From Pseudomonadota bacterium (GTDB lineage: Bacteria > Pseudomonadota > Alphaproteobacteria > Rhodospirillales > 2-02-FULL-58-16), in the NCBI GenBank assembly GCA_022560215.1, contig JADFTO010000001.1, positions 1 to 44,102 on the forward strand: a stretch of 44,102 nt of DNA. The letters are read 5' to 3'. The notes under the pieces are model-generated. The model was not told the DNA's origin. It saw nothing but the letters and a program-made list of their open reading frames with translations, and did not search any database. Within the stretch, counting starts at the first letter, position 1. Every line of letters begins with the position of its first letter. A program made the position numbers and the translations under genes. This document shows positions 1-10,155 of this stretch, piece after piece.

Positions 1-152
1 TTCCGATACCCGGCCAGTAGGCACGGCATCGTGCTCAGATCGTCGGGTCAGCGCCTTGGGACGGCCTGGGCTCATTCTTTCCCCGGGGGCGGTGGGCCCG
101 CTCAATCATCTGGCGGACCTGGCCGCTGCGGCCTCGCCGCCTGGAGGATGGT

Positions 153-200
153 AACAAAAAATGACGGAAGATACCCCCCGTCAGGGGAGCACCTTCCGTC
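153..200 (-). terminator. Intrinsic terminator about 110 nt downstream of the lysine-rich mini-gene
   Basis: Read on the minus strand: GACGGAAG, then 22 nt with inner CCCC/GGGG pairing, then CTTCCGTC (163-200). This is followed directly by ATTTTTTGTT (A-run 155-161 on the + strand). Confidence 0.6.
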
Positions 201-311
201 TTGTGATGTCCTGTCTTGCAAGCAAGACCTAGCATCGCAGCCCACTGTCCCAGCCACCGTGGCGCGAAGAGCTGAGCGAGTCGCTGCGAAGCTGCCGCAT
301 CACGCGGGAGA

Positions 312-467
312 CTACGTCTTCCGCTTCTTACGGCGTTTCTTTGCGGCTTTCTTCTTGGGGGCGGCTTTCTTCTTCTTGGTCGCCTTGCGCTTCTTGGTCG
401 ACTTCTTGGCCGCCTTGCGCTTCGTGGTCGACTTCTTCGCAGCCTTCTTCTTACGACGTTTCGCCAT
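312..467 (-). CDS. 51-aa lysine/arginine-rich histone-H1-like basic protein
   Basis: Lies within ORF 312..521(-). AAGGAGGTGA sits 8 nt upstream of the ATG at 467; an alternative ATG at 473 is only 2 nt from the SD. Product is MAKRRKKKAAKKSTTKRKAAKKSTKKRKATKKKKAAPKKKAAKKRRKKRKT, with 32 of 51 residues K or R. It has its own promoter and terminator. Confidence 0.7.
   Translation of the reverse strand: MAKRRKKKAAKKSTTKRKAAKKSTKKRKATKKKKAAPKKKAAKKRRKKRKT
381..440. repeat. 30-nt tandem duplication inside the lysine-rich gene
   Basis: 381-410 (cgccttgcgcttcttggtcgacttcttggc) against 411-440 (cgccttgcgcttcgtggtcgacttcttcgc) matches 28/30. It encodes the repeated KKST(T)KRKAA units. Confidence 0.85.
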
Positions 468-493
468 GGACATCACCTCCTTTCTGTCCGGGA

Positions 494-551
494 ATCGTAA
501 CACGTCCACCAGTCGTGTCAAAAAAAATAAAAAAAATTTCGATTTTTTTTT
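494..551 (-). promoter_or_regulatory. Sigma70-type promoter with A/T-rich UP-like tract for the lysine-rich gene
   Basis: Minus strand: TTGACA (521-516), a 16-nt spacer, then TACGAT (499-494). A 32-nt nearly pure A/T tract (520-551) lies immediately upstream, in an otherwise GC-rich sequence. Confidence 0.6.
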
Positions 552-811
552 GGCGGCTCAATCGGGTGCCTGCGCGACGATTCCGTCGGTAGCGCGCATG
601 GTTGCGCTTACCACCATCTGGACCGTTGTGTTTCGCGCCCAGTATTTCGTCGGATGATTCACGCCGCGCACTCGATCGAACCACGATCGGAATCACGGAG
701 ACGCATTTGCCCGGCCCGTCGCACGGTTTATGTGCGCACACGGCGTCGGATGCGCAGCGGTCCGACTACGTCGACACGAGGAGCTTGCGTCGGGCACAAG
801 CAGCTTGCACG

Positions 812-1168
812 ATGCAGTCCGATTTGAGGGCGTCGGGGGGAGTGCGGTGGTGGAGCAGCGATGATGGCGCGCCGCGCGATGGGCAGCGGATGACCTTCGT
901 CGAGTATTGGACCTGGGATGCCAAAGCCGGCAAATACCGCACCTGGTACTTCAGCGACTGGGGCGAGTTCGGCGGCGGTTGGGTCACCTCCGCTACGGAT
1001 GGCAACAAATACAGAATGACCGGGAATGGGCAAGATGCCAAAGGCAACAAAACGGGCGGCTCGGGAACCATGACGTTCACCGACAAGGACACCCTCGAAT
1101 GGACCTGGAATGAGAGCGGCCCCGAGGGCAAGATGGAGTTCAAGGGCACCATGAAGCGCAAGCGCTAG
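812..1168 (+). CDS. DUF1579-like small beta-barrel protein, possibly 5'-truncated
   Basis: The C-terminal ~95 aa (MTFVEYWTWDAKAGKYRTWYFSDWGEFGGGW...TFTDKDTLEWTWNESGPEGKMEFKGTMKRKR) resemble the DUF1579 family as I recall it. The upstream part of ORF 602..1168 does not look protein-like. Start is uncertain (ATG 812 or 890). Confidence 0.45.
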   Translation: MQSDLRASGGVRWWSSDDGAPRDGQRMTFVEYWTWDAKAGKYRTWYFSDWGEFGGGWVTSATDGNKYRMTGNGQDAKGNKTGGSGTMTFTDKDTLEWTWNESGPEGKMEFKGTMKRKR

Positions 1169-1202
1169 CACCTCGTTTCCGAAGCTCTCTGACTAGCTGA
1201 GC

Positions 1203-1281
1203 CGCGGGCTTTAGCCCGCGCGATGCCGGGATCGCCGTGGCGTCGGCGACTTTCGTGAATTCGCGCAGGCTAAAGCCTGCG
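1203..1281. repeat. Pair of REP-like 7-bp-stem hairpins in inverted orientation
   Basis: CGCGGGC-TTTA-GCCCGCG (1203-1220) and CGCAGGC-TAAA-GCCTGCG (1264-1281). One is the reverse complement of the other apart from a compensatory G:C to A:T stem pair. Confidence 0.6.
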
Positions 1282-1368
1282 GCTCGGCGCTTCGCCCCTA
1301 CATTCGTCGGCATTCTTGACGTAAGATGGCTCGGACGCAAGATCGCTCAACACGAAGGATACCCAACC

Positions 1369-1980
1369 ATGTCCGACATTTCATCCATAACGGCTGCCGA
1401 ACTGGCTGAGCGGCTCGGAGGGACGCTTGAGGGTGACGGCGCGATCGTGATTTGTGACGTCACCGTGCTCGACAAGGCTGGACCGGACGACCTCTCATGG
1501 GTCGGTACGCCGGACCTCCTGCCCAAAGCGGTGGAATCCAAGGCGGGCGTCGTGCTGGTGCCCCAAGGATGTTCGTTACCGCCGGGACGGACCGCGATCG
1601 GTGTGGCTGATCCCGATGCGGCGCTGGCTGATGCCCTGGGCATCCTGGCTCCGCCGAGTGATCCGGTCGAACCCGGTGTTCATCCGACAGCTACGGTGAG
1701 CCCGGACGCAAACGTCACCGGGGCGTCCATTGGTGCCCACGTGTATGTTGGCCGCAGTGCGGTGGTCGGTGAGGGCACACAGCTATGTCCGGGCGTCTAC
1801 GTGGGGGCGTGGTCAAAGATCGGGCGAGACTGCGTATTGTGGCCGCACGTTGTGGTCCGCGAGCGCATTACGATCGGTGATCGCGTCATCATTCACCCCA
1901 ACAGCACGATCGGTGCGGACGGTTTCCGCTATCTGTTTAGAGAAGGACGACACCGGAAGATTCCGCAGATCGGGACCGTG

Positions 1981-1995
<15 letters not shown>
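1369..1995 (+). pseudogene. lpxD: UDP-3-O-acylglucosamine N-acyltransferase (LpxD) N-terminal fragment, ~209 codons
   Basis: MSDISSITAAELAERLGG...VADPDAALADALGIL..., then left-handed beta-helix hexapeptide repeats and ...IGADGFRY...KIPQIGTVVIEDD. Homology stops at ~1995, where the frame runs into the antisense of iolD. Full LpxD is ~340 aa. Confidence 0.75.
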
Positions 1996-3468
<1,473 letters not shown>

Positions 3469-3504
3469 TGTTAGGTCCCTCCCTCCTCTTATAAGATTGC
3501 CAGA

Positions 3505-3648
3505 CTACTCCCTTTCACGCCAGAGGGAGACCAGGCGTTCGAAAGCGCCGGCCATGGCCTCGACGGCCGACCGGTCGCCCGTTTTTCCGCCGAGCCAGGC
3601 CTCGGCCGGGCCGCCGAAGATGCTGTGCCCGATACGGATCGGCCGTCT
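3505..3648 (-). pseudogene. 47-codon gene remnant resembling the C-terminal tail of IolC/DUF2090-type kinase-aldolase proteins
   Basis: Directly after, and in frame with, the transaldolase TAG: RRPIRIGHSIFGGPAEAWLGGKTGDRSAVEAMAGAFERLVSLWRERE*. It is followed 36 nt later by the iolD start, as in iolC-iolD operons. The family assignment is from memory of the GRTIF...W...M..F..L..W tail pattern. Confidence 0.3.
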
Positions 3649-4731
3649 CTATGCCACTCCTGGCAACATGAAACCACGGATGACCCGGACAAGATCCTGG
3701 TACCCGCCGATGAAACCCGAAAGGGTCTTCTTGGTCGGCCCGAATCCGTCGAATTCGCTTTGAGCCATCCCTTCTTCCTCGTACGCCCTGCGGAAATCGA
3801 CGAACTTTTCCAACAGTCCGTCGATGACGTCGGTGTCTACCGGGTTGTCGATCCGGGAGATGACCTCGATGTCCGAGGCGTTGAATCTCTTCTGCCACTT
3901 GTGGGTCAACGTCACGACCATGTCGGCGCCGACGAATTCGGACCAATGCATGTGATGGCGCGTCGCCGCGGCGAGCAGCCGGGGGGTGTAGCGCCGCTCC
4001 TTGAAAAGGCGGTACGCTTTCTTCATGACGGCCACCCCGGCCCAGTCCAAATGCGCCGGATCCGTGACGATGCCGTCGTCATTGGCCACTTGCTTGAGCC
4101 AATCATCGAGGCGCCCGACCATGATCGTGCACACGGGTCCCATCCGGGATACGTCCTCGCCGGCCTTGCGTCGCCGCTCGATCCCTCTTCCCACGGCTTC
4201 GGCCACCGCCACCGCCTGGGGAACGCTAAAGCAGACCGTCGCGTTGATGCTGACGCCGCGGAAGGACGCCTCTTCGATGGCCGCCACGCCGGCCTCGGTA
4301 ACCGGAATCTTGACGATCATGTTGGGAGCCAGGCCGTCGAAGTAGACCGCCTGCTCGACCATCAAATCGGCATTCCGGTAGTATTGAGGATTGGTCTGAA
4401 TGGAAAGCCGGCCATTTTTTCCTTTTTCCCGCTCGAAGATGGGGAGCAACAACTCGGCGCACTTGATCGACATCTCTTCGGTGAGTTTCCACGCGATCTC
4501 GTCTTCCGTTGCCCTCGGTCTTTCCGCGATGAGCTTTATGATACGGGGCCCCCACAGGTCCATCTCCTGCTTTAGCACTTCACCGACAATCGACGGATTG
4601 GCCGTTGCCCCGACGGCGCCATTCTCGATCGCGTAAGTCAGCTCGGAGGTGGAGCAGGAGTCGTTCCAGAGATCGGTGTCGGTGGTCGAGACCATTTTGT
4701 GTAGCGGGCTCTTGAATTCATGTTCATCCAT
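3649..4731 (-). CDS. Transaldolase-family protein (360 aa)
   Basis: ORF 3649..4731(-). Contains TDLWNDS, GATANPS and the NMIVKIPVTEAG Schiff-base lysine motif typical of the transaldolase/fructose-6-P aldolase superfamily. Confidence 0.8.
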   Translation of the reverse strand: MDEHEFKSPLHKMVSTTDTDLWNDSCSTSELTYAIENGAVGATANPSIVGEVLKQEMDLWGPRIIKLIAERPRATEDEIAWKLTEEMSIKCAELLLPIFEREKGKNGRLSIQTNPQYYRNADLMVEQAVYFDGLAPNMIVKIPVTEAGVAAIEEASFRGVSINATVCFSVPQAVAVAEAVGRGIERRRKAGEDVSRMGPVCTIMVGRLDDWLKQVANDDGIVTDPAHLDWAGVAVMKKAYRLFKERRYTPRLLAAATRHHMHWSEFVGADMVVTLTHKWQKRFNASDIEVISRIDNPVDTDVIDGLLEKFVDFRRAYEEEGMAQSEFDGFGPTKKTLSGFIGGYQDLVRVIRGFMLPGVA

Positions 4732-4869
4732 CTGAAAGAGTTCCTCTTGTTCGCAGCGCCATCCCGCGATCTGCGTCCCGAACGGGTGCGTTGACGTCTG
4801 CCGTGCCTTGATTCCACCTGTTCGCCATAGAGGTCCACCGATGACCGCCCGAGGCAGATCAGGTCGAGC

Positions 4870-5688
4870 TCAACCCTCGTCCTCCCGGCCGGCCGGGCGC
4901 CAGAACTCGGCCCCGTCGTCCATGATCCAGCGGTGTTCCTCGGTGAACTCGGGAACCGTGTAGGGCTTGCCCGGCAGGTGACGGATGACCCATGAATAGT
5001 ACATGCCGTACCCCGGGGCGGCGCACTGGGCGTGGTCGCGGCCGTCGATTATCTTGACCGTGTCGTACTGCCTGACCTTCAGCACCGTCTCGCCCAGCTC
5101 GGCGTGGCCATACCCCTGGGGCTCGGTGAACCGGTAGTGATAGATTTCCGGCTGCGGATGGTGGTGGGGCGGGTAGCTGGACCAGCGGCCGGGCATGGTC
5201 ACCACTTCGCCGAGGACCAGTTGGGCTTCCGCCTCGGAATTGGAGCCGTCGAAGATGGTGCGCACGAACCTGAGACAAGTCCCCCCGACCTGGCCCGCGC
5301 CCCGGTGCTCGTTGGGCACGTCGCCGGGAAAAAAGAAGCGGCAGCCGAAGGACTTGTCGTTGGCGACGGTATAGCGCGTGAACTCCACGGGTCCGTGGGC
5401 CGAAAAGCGCGTCTCGACGCCGGCGGGGAGGTGGAGGCAACTGGCGCTTTCGTCGAAGAGAGATGTCCGTTCCAGGTCCTCGGTCCTGCCGCCCGCCGCG
5501 GCCGTGACCCGGCCGTCCATGAGCAGCCAGGCGGTTTCCGTCGCCGCCGTTTCCTTGAATTCCTGGCCGGGCACGAGCTTGAGGACGGCCAGGCCGATGC
5601 CGGTGTCGTCAACTGTTTCGTCCAGGTGCGTGATTTCGGTGAGGCCGGTCTCGAAGCCCCCCCGGTGCTGTGTCAGGTGCAAGGCCAT
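4870..5688 (-). CDS. iolB: 5-deoxy-glucuronate isomerase
   Basis: 272-aa cupin-type ORF with IolB-like SSYPPHHHPQPEIYHYRF and a C-terminal region matching the family. Sits in iol gene context. Confidence 0.8.
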   Translation of the reverse strand: MALHLTQHRGGFETGLTEITHLDETVDDTGIGLAVLKLVPGQEFKETAATETAWLLMDGRVTAAAGGRTEDLERTSLFDESASCLHLPAGVETRFSAHGPVEFTRYTVANDKSFGCRFFFPGDVPNEHRGAGQVGGTCLRFVRTIFDGSNSEAEAQLVLGEVVTMPGRWSSYPPHHHPQPEIYHYRFTEPQGYGHAELGETVLKVRQYDTVKIIDGRDHAQCAAPGYGMYYSWVIRHLPGKPYTVPEFTEEHRWIMDDGAEFWRPAGREDEG

Positions 5689-5812
5689 GGGGCCATCCTC
5701 CCGGCCCGGGGCCGCCGGGCCACCTGGAAAGGTGATAAATCAAGGCTAACGGGCTAGAGTAGAAACTTTCTCGGGCCTCAACAAGGCGGTTTCACTAAGG
5801 CGAGGAGTCATC

Positions 5813-6811
5813 ATGGGTGAAGGATTGGTCAAGATATGTCAGTTCGGTGCCGGGCGCATCGGCAAGATCCACGCGGCAAACGTGGCGCTCAACCCCCGGG
5901 CCGTCCTCGCCCATGTGGTCGATGTGGATGAGGCCGCGGCAGGGGAACTGGCCGCCAAGCACGGGGCCCGGGCCTCGGAGCCCGAGGCCGCGCTCGGCGA
6001 CGGGGCGGTGGACGCGGTGCTCATCGCGTCCTCCACCGACACCCACGCCGAGCTTGTGGAGGCGGCGGCCCGGGCCGGCAAGGCGATCTTTTGCGAAAAG
6101 CCCATCGATTTGGACTTACGCAGGGTGAACGAGGTCCTAGACGTGGTGGAGAAGGCGGGCGTCCCTTTTTTCGTCGGCTTCAACCGGCGCTTCGACCCCA
6201 GCTTCCGGGCCCTGCACGAGGCGGTGGCCGGGGGCCGGATCGGCAAGGTGGAGCTGGTCGCCATCACCAGCCGCGACCCGGGCCTGCCGCCGCTCGACTA
6301 CATCCGGGTGTCGGGCGGCCTGTTCCGCGACATGATGATCCACGACCTGGACATGGCCCGCTGGCTGATGGGCTCCGAACCCGTCAAGGTGTACGCCGCC
6401 GCTTCCATCCTGGTCGATAAAATCGTCGCCGAGGCGGATGACGTCGATTCGGCCGTGGTCACGCTGAAATCGGAAAGCGGCGTGCTCTGCCAGATCAACA
6501 ACAGCCGGCGGGCGGTCTACGGATACGACCAGCGGATCGAGGTGTTCGGGTCGGCCGGCATGGCGCGGGCCGAAAACGTCACCCCCACCACGCTGGAGGT
6601 GATGGACAAGGACGGCGCCCTCACCGACAAGCCGCTGCATTTCTTCCTGGAGCGCTACGCGGATGCCTACAGGCTGGAACTCGACCACTTCCTGGACTGC
6701 GTGATCGACGGCGCCGCCCCCCTCACCGGGGGCGAGGAAGGCCGCCGCGCCCTGGAGCTGGCCGACGCCGCCCTGGAATCGGTGAAGACCGGGAAGCCGG
6801 TGAAGGTGTAG
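5813..6811 (+). CDS. iolG: myo-inositol 2-dehydrogenase (Gfo/Idh/MocA family)
   Basis: 332 aa with N-terminal Rossmann motif ICQFGAGRIGKIHA, then CEKPI and GFNRRFDP motifs. A GAGGAG RBS lies 4 nt upstream. Divergent from iolB. Confidence 0.85.
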   Translation: MGEGLVKICQFGAGRIGKIHAANVALNPRAVLAHVVDVDEAAAGELAAKHGARASEPEAALGDGAVDAVLIASSTDTHAELVEAAARAGKAIFCEKPIDLDLRRVNEVLDVVEKAGVPFFVGFNRRFDPSFRALHEAVAGGRIGKVELVAITSRDPGLPPLDYIRVSGGLFRDMMIHDLDMARWLMGSEPVKVYAAASILVDKIVAEADDVDSAVVTLKSESGVLCQINNSRRAVYGYDQRIEVFGSAGMARAENVTPTTLEVMDKDGALTDKPLHFFLERYADAYRLELDHFLDCVIDGAAPLTGGEEGRRALELADAALESVKTGKPVKV

Positions 6812-6840
6812 GGCGCTATCCGGCTAGTTGGATAGCGCCC
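6811..6840. terminator. Perfect 11-bp-stem hairpin between convergent iolG and the ABC ATPase gene
   Basis: GGGCGCTATCC-ggctagtt-GGATAGCGCCC spans both stop codons. There is no U-tract, so terminator function is inferred only. Confidence 0.5.
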
Positions 6841-7934
6841 TAGCCGTCGTCCGCGGCGGGCGATTTATCTGGGCGGACAAGGGTCACGCCCCGGTCGTCC
6901 AGCACCACGGTGACGGCAGCGCCCCGGGACAACATGGAGCCGATCTCGTGGTCGATGACGAACAATTCGCCGATCGCCGTCTCCACCATGTATTCCATGT
7001 GGTTGCCGAGATAAGTGGCCTTGAGCACGTTTCCCTCGATCCCGCCGTCCACCGCCACGGTCTCGAGACGGATGGATTCGGGGCGGATCGCCACGTCTGC
7101 GGGTCCGGGGCCGAGGCCATGGGAGACCAGGCTCTTCTCGATGCCGCCGATGCGCACCCGGGCCATGTCCCCATCAACGCTGACGATCTCCCCCTCGACC
7201 AGGTTTGAATCGCCGATGAAGTCGGCGACGAAGGCGTCGGCCGGCTCCTCGTAGAGCTGCCGGGGGTTTCCTTCCTGGGCGATGGCGGCGTTTCTCATGA
7301 CGATGATCCGGTCGGAGACCGCCAGGGCCTCCTCCTGGTCGTGGGTGACGTAGACCGTGGTCAGGCCCAGGTTCTGCTGGAGATCCCGGATCTCCTCCCG
7401 CATGTGGCGGCGCAGCTTGGCGTCCAGGTTCGACAGGGGCTCGTCGAACAGCAGGACCTGGGGTTCCAGGACCAGGGCCCGGGCCACGGCCACCCGCTGC
7501 TGCTGGCCGCCGGAAAGTTCGCTGGGAAGGCGGGCGCCGAACCCCGCCAGGCCGACCAGCTCCAGCACCTCCTCGCCCTGGGCGTGGGCTTCCGCTTTCG
7601 CCATGCCGCTGACGACGAGCCCGTAGGCCACGTTGTCGAGGACGGTCATGTGGGGGAACAGCGCGTAGGACTGGAACACCATGGACACGTCGCGGTCGGT
7701 GGCGGACAGCCGGGTCACATCCTCGCCGCCGATGAAGATGGAGCCCGAGTTGGCCATCTCCAGGCCGGCGATCAGGCGCAGCGTGGTGGTCTTGCCGCAT
7801 CCCGAGGGCCCGAGCAGGGTCACCAGGGTCCCGGCCTCGATGGTGAAATTGATGTCGGCGACCGCGACCACGGGTCCGAAGGCCTTGGTCACGTCCTGGA
7901 AACGGACCGCTTCCGCTTTGCTCCCGATGGTCAC
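6840..7934 (-). CDS. ABC transporter ATP-binding protein (FbpC/PotA-like, with C-terminal TOBE-like domain)
   Basis: Walker A GPSGCGKTT, signature LSGGQQQRVAVARAL, Walker B LLFDEPLS. The GTG start overlaps the permease stop (GTGA), with AAGGAGGAAG upstream. Confidence 0.9.
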   Translation of the reverse strand: MTIGSKAEAVRFQDVTKAFGPVVAVADINFTIEAGTLVTLLGPSGCGKTTTLRLIAGLEMANSGSIFIGGEDVTRLSATDRDVSMVFQSYALFPHMTVLDNVAYGLVVSGMAKAEAHAQGEEVLELVGLAGFGARLPSELSGGQQQRVAVARALVLEPQVLLFDEPLSNLDAKLRRHMREEIRDLQQNLGLTTVYVTHDQEEALAVSDRIIVMRNAAIAQEGNPRQLYEEPADAFVADFIGDSNLVEGEIVSVDGDMARVRIGGIEKSLVSHGLGPGPADVAIRPESIRLETVAVDGGIEGNVLKATYLGNHMEYMVETAIGELFVIDHEIGSMLSRGAAVTVVLDDRGVTLVRPDKSPAADDG

Positions 7935-10132
7935 GCCGCTTCCTCCTTGAGCCCGAGCTGCTCGGCATCGCGCCGTCCCAGGACCCTTTTGCCGACGCCG
8001 ATCTGGATGAGGAGAATGGCCATCAGCATGACCAGGATCAACACCGACGAATAGCTTATGGCGAGGCCGTAATCGCTGTTCTCCACCCGGCCGATGATGT
8101 AGGACGTGGCCATGTCGTATTCGGCGCTGACCAGGAAGATGACGGCGCTGATCGCGGTCATGGCGCGCACGAAACCGAACACTAGCGCCGCCACGATGGC
8201 CGGCCTCAAGAGCGGCAGCACCACCTTGCGCAGGGTGGTGAAGCTACTGGCGCCGAGGGTCAGGGAGGCCTCGTCCAGGTTCTGGTCGATCTGGCTCATG
8301 GCGGCGACGCCGGCGCGCACGCCCACCGGCATGTTGCGGAAGACGAAGCAGATGACCAGGATGGCGCCGGTGCCGGTGAGTTCTATGGGCGGCACGTTGA
8401 AGGCCAGGATGTAGCTGACGCCGATCACCGTGCCCGGAATGGCGAAGCTGAGCATGGTCCCGAACTCGAAGGCGTCCCTGCCGTAGAACTTCTGGCGCAC
8501 CAGGATATAGGCGGTGAGCAGTCCCATGCCGGCGGTCAATGGCGCCGAGATGGCGGCGATTTGCAGCGTCGTCCAGAAGGAATTCCAGGCGGCGCCGCTC
8601 CACACCAAGCCATGGGCGGCGGTGGTGATGGAGAAGGCCTCGATGTAGTGCATGAGGGTGAAGCTGTGGTCGAATCCCCAGGCTTTGACGAAGCCGCCGA
8701 ACATGATCATCAGATAGATGACCGCGGTGAGCGCCGCCCACGGCAGGGTTGTCCCGTAGATCAGCCACCGGACCCTGGACGGGAGCCTGATGGGAATGCC
8801 GGCGTCGCCCTTGCCGGTCACCGTGGCGTAGGACTTCTGGCCCAGCCACCGGCGTTGGGCGTAAAAGGCGGTAAGCGTGAACGACAGGAGCACGATGGCG
8901 AGCACGGCGGCGAGGCCCTGGTCGTTCTGGGCGCCGACGATGGCGAAGAATATCTCCGTCGACAGGACGTCGTAATTGCCGCCGAGGACCAGTGGGTTGC
9001 CGAAATCGGCCAGGCTTTCGATGAACCCGATGAGGAAGGCGTTGGCCAGCCCCGGGCGCATGAGGGGGAACGATATGGTGGTGAAGGTGCGCCAGTTGTC
9101 GGCGCGCAGAGTCAGCGCGGCTTCCTCCATGGAGGGGCTCACCCCCTCGACCACCCCGATCATGACCAGGAAAGCGATCGGGGTGAAGGCCAGCATCTGG
9201 GCCAGCCAGATGCCGGGCAGGCCGTAGATCCACCTGGACGGGGTAACGTCGAAGCCCCATTCCAGGAAGGTGCTGATCGCGCCCGCGCGGCCGAAGAGCA
9301 GGATCACGGCGAGCCCGATGACGAACGGCGGGGTGACGATGGGCAGCACGGTGAGCACGCGCAGCAGTTTCTTGGCCCGGAAACCGGTGCGCGTGGCGAC
9401 CAGCGCGAAGGCGAAGCCGAGCAACGTGGTGCTGGCGCCGACCACGATCGCCATGACCAGCGAATTCCAGGCCACGCCGCACGATACGGTCGTGCTCAGG
9501 CAGTCAAGTCCCCAGATCTTGGACGAGAAAAGCTTGTCGAAGAAAAGCATCGGGGCGAAGTTTTCGTCGTTGTCCTGGACGGCGCTGAGCAGGATACGGG
9601 AGACGGGAAAGATGATGAAAGCGATGACCAGGGCGATGACCAGGCCGATGGAGCTGACGACGAACACGTCCCCCTTGATGGCGCCCCGGGCGGCGACACC
9701 GCGGGTGATGAAGAAGAGAAAGGCGCCCATGACCAGGAGCGCGCCGTAGCCCATGCCGAACTGGCGGTCGCCAAGCTCGCCGAAGGCATCTTTGAGGGAT
9801 TCGTATTCCCAGCCCTGGATGCCGATGGCGAATCCCTGGGCAAAGGTGACGGCGAAGCCGAAGATTCCCGCGCCCAGGAGCACGGACGCGAACAAAGGAT
9901 CCGTGCGGCCGCGCCGGAGAACGGCGAGGGGGGGAAGCAAGGCCAGGCCGACGGGGATCAGCCACCACCGGTCGTGGGCCGGAATCTGGACGATGGCCGG
10001 GGCGAATTCCTTATCCAGGGGAAAACCGTCGAGCCAGACGAAGCTCCAGAACCCACCGTCTATGGCGTGCCATGGAAGAAGGGTGAAGCCGACCCATCCC
10101 ACGGCAAGCCACAGAACGGTGGTCCTGTTCAT
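7931..10132 (-). CDS. Fused two-domain ABC transporter permease (FbpB-like, 733 aa)
   Basis: Highly hydrophobic ORF with two permease modules of the binding-protein-dependent transport type. Sits between the SBP and ATPase genes. Confidence 0.85.
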   Translation of the reverse strand: MNRTTVLWLAVGWVGFTLLPWHAIDGGFWSFVWLDGFPLDKEFAPAIVQIPAHDRWWLIPVGLALLPPLAVLRRGRTDPLFASVLLGAGIFGFAVTFAQGFAIGIQGWEYESLKDAFGELGDRQFGMGYGALLVMGAFLFFITRGVAARGAIKGDVFVVSSIGLVIALVIAFIIFPVSRILLSAVQDNDENFAPMLFFDKLFSSKIWGLDCLSTTVSCGVAWNSLVMAIVVGASTTLLGFAFALVATRTGFRAKKLLRVLTVLPIVTPPFVIGLAVILLFGRAGAISTFLEWGFDVTPSRWIYGLPGIWLAQMLAFTPIAFLVMIGVVEGVSPSMEEAALTLRADNWRTFTTISFPLMRPGLANAFLIGFIESLADFGNPLVLGGNYDVLSTEIFFAIVGAQNDQGLAAVLAIVLLSFTLTAFYAQRRWLGQKSYATVTGKGDAGIPIRLPSRVRWLIYGTTLPWAALTAVIYLMIMFGGFVKAWGFDHSFTLMHYIEAFSITTAAHGLVWSGAAWNSFWTTLQIAAISAPLTAGMGLLTAYILVRQKFYGRDAFEFGTMLSFAIPGTVIGVSYILAFNVPPIELTGTGAILVICFVFRNMPVGVRAGVAAMSQIDQNLDEASLTLGASSFTTLRKVVLPLLRPAIVAALVFGFVRAMTAISAVIFLVSAEYDMATSYIIGRVENSDYGLAISYSSVLILVMLMAILLIQIGVGKRVLGRRDAEQLGLKEEAA

Positions 10133-10155
10133 GGCGGCATGTCAAAGCCGGTTGT

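Noticed and set aside
1-154. Frame-2 plus-strand open frame running from the window edge to TAA at 152-154, considered as the 3' end of a gene
   Set aside because: The translation (…GAVGPLNHLADLAAAASPPGGW*) has no recognisable features and is too short to judge. I left it uncalled.
31-657. 208-aa plus-strand ORF at the left edge
   Set aside because: Its FFAAFFLG repeat region is simply the antisense of the lysine-rich gene. It has no RBS or motifs, whereas the minus-strand mini-gene has an SD, a promoter and a terminator.
3649-3651. Possible TAG read-through or recoding, since coding-like sequence follows in frame after TAG both here and at 30982-30984
   Set aside because: TAG is used as an ordinary stop by many clearly complete genes in the window (iolG, ABC ATPase, thiolase, mmsA, FeS subunit). 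The second case also carries a frameshift. Gene remnants or pseudogenes are the simpler explanation.
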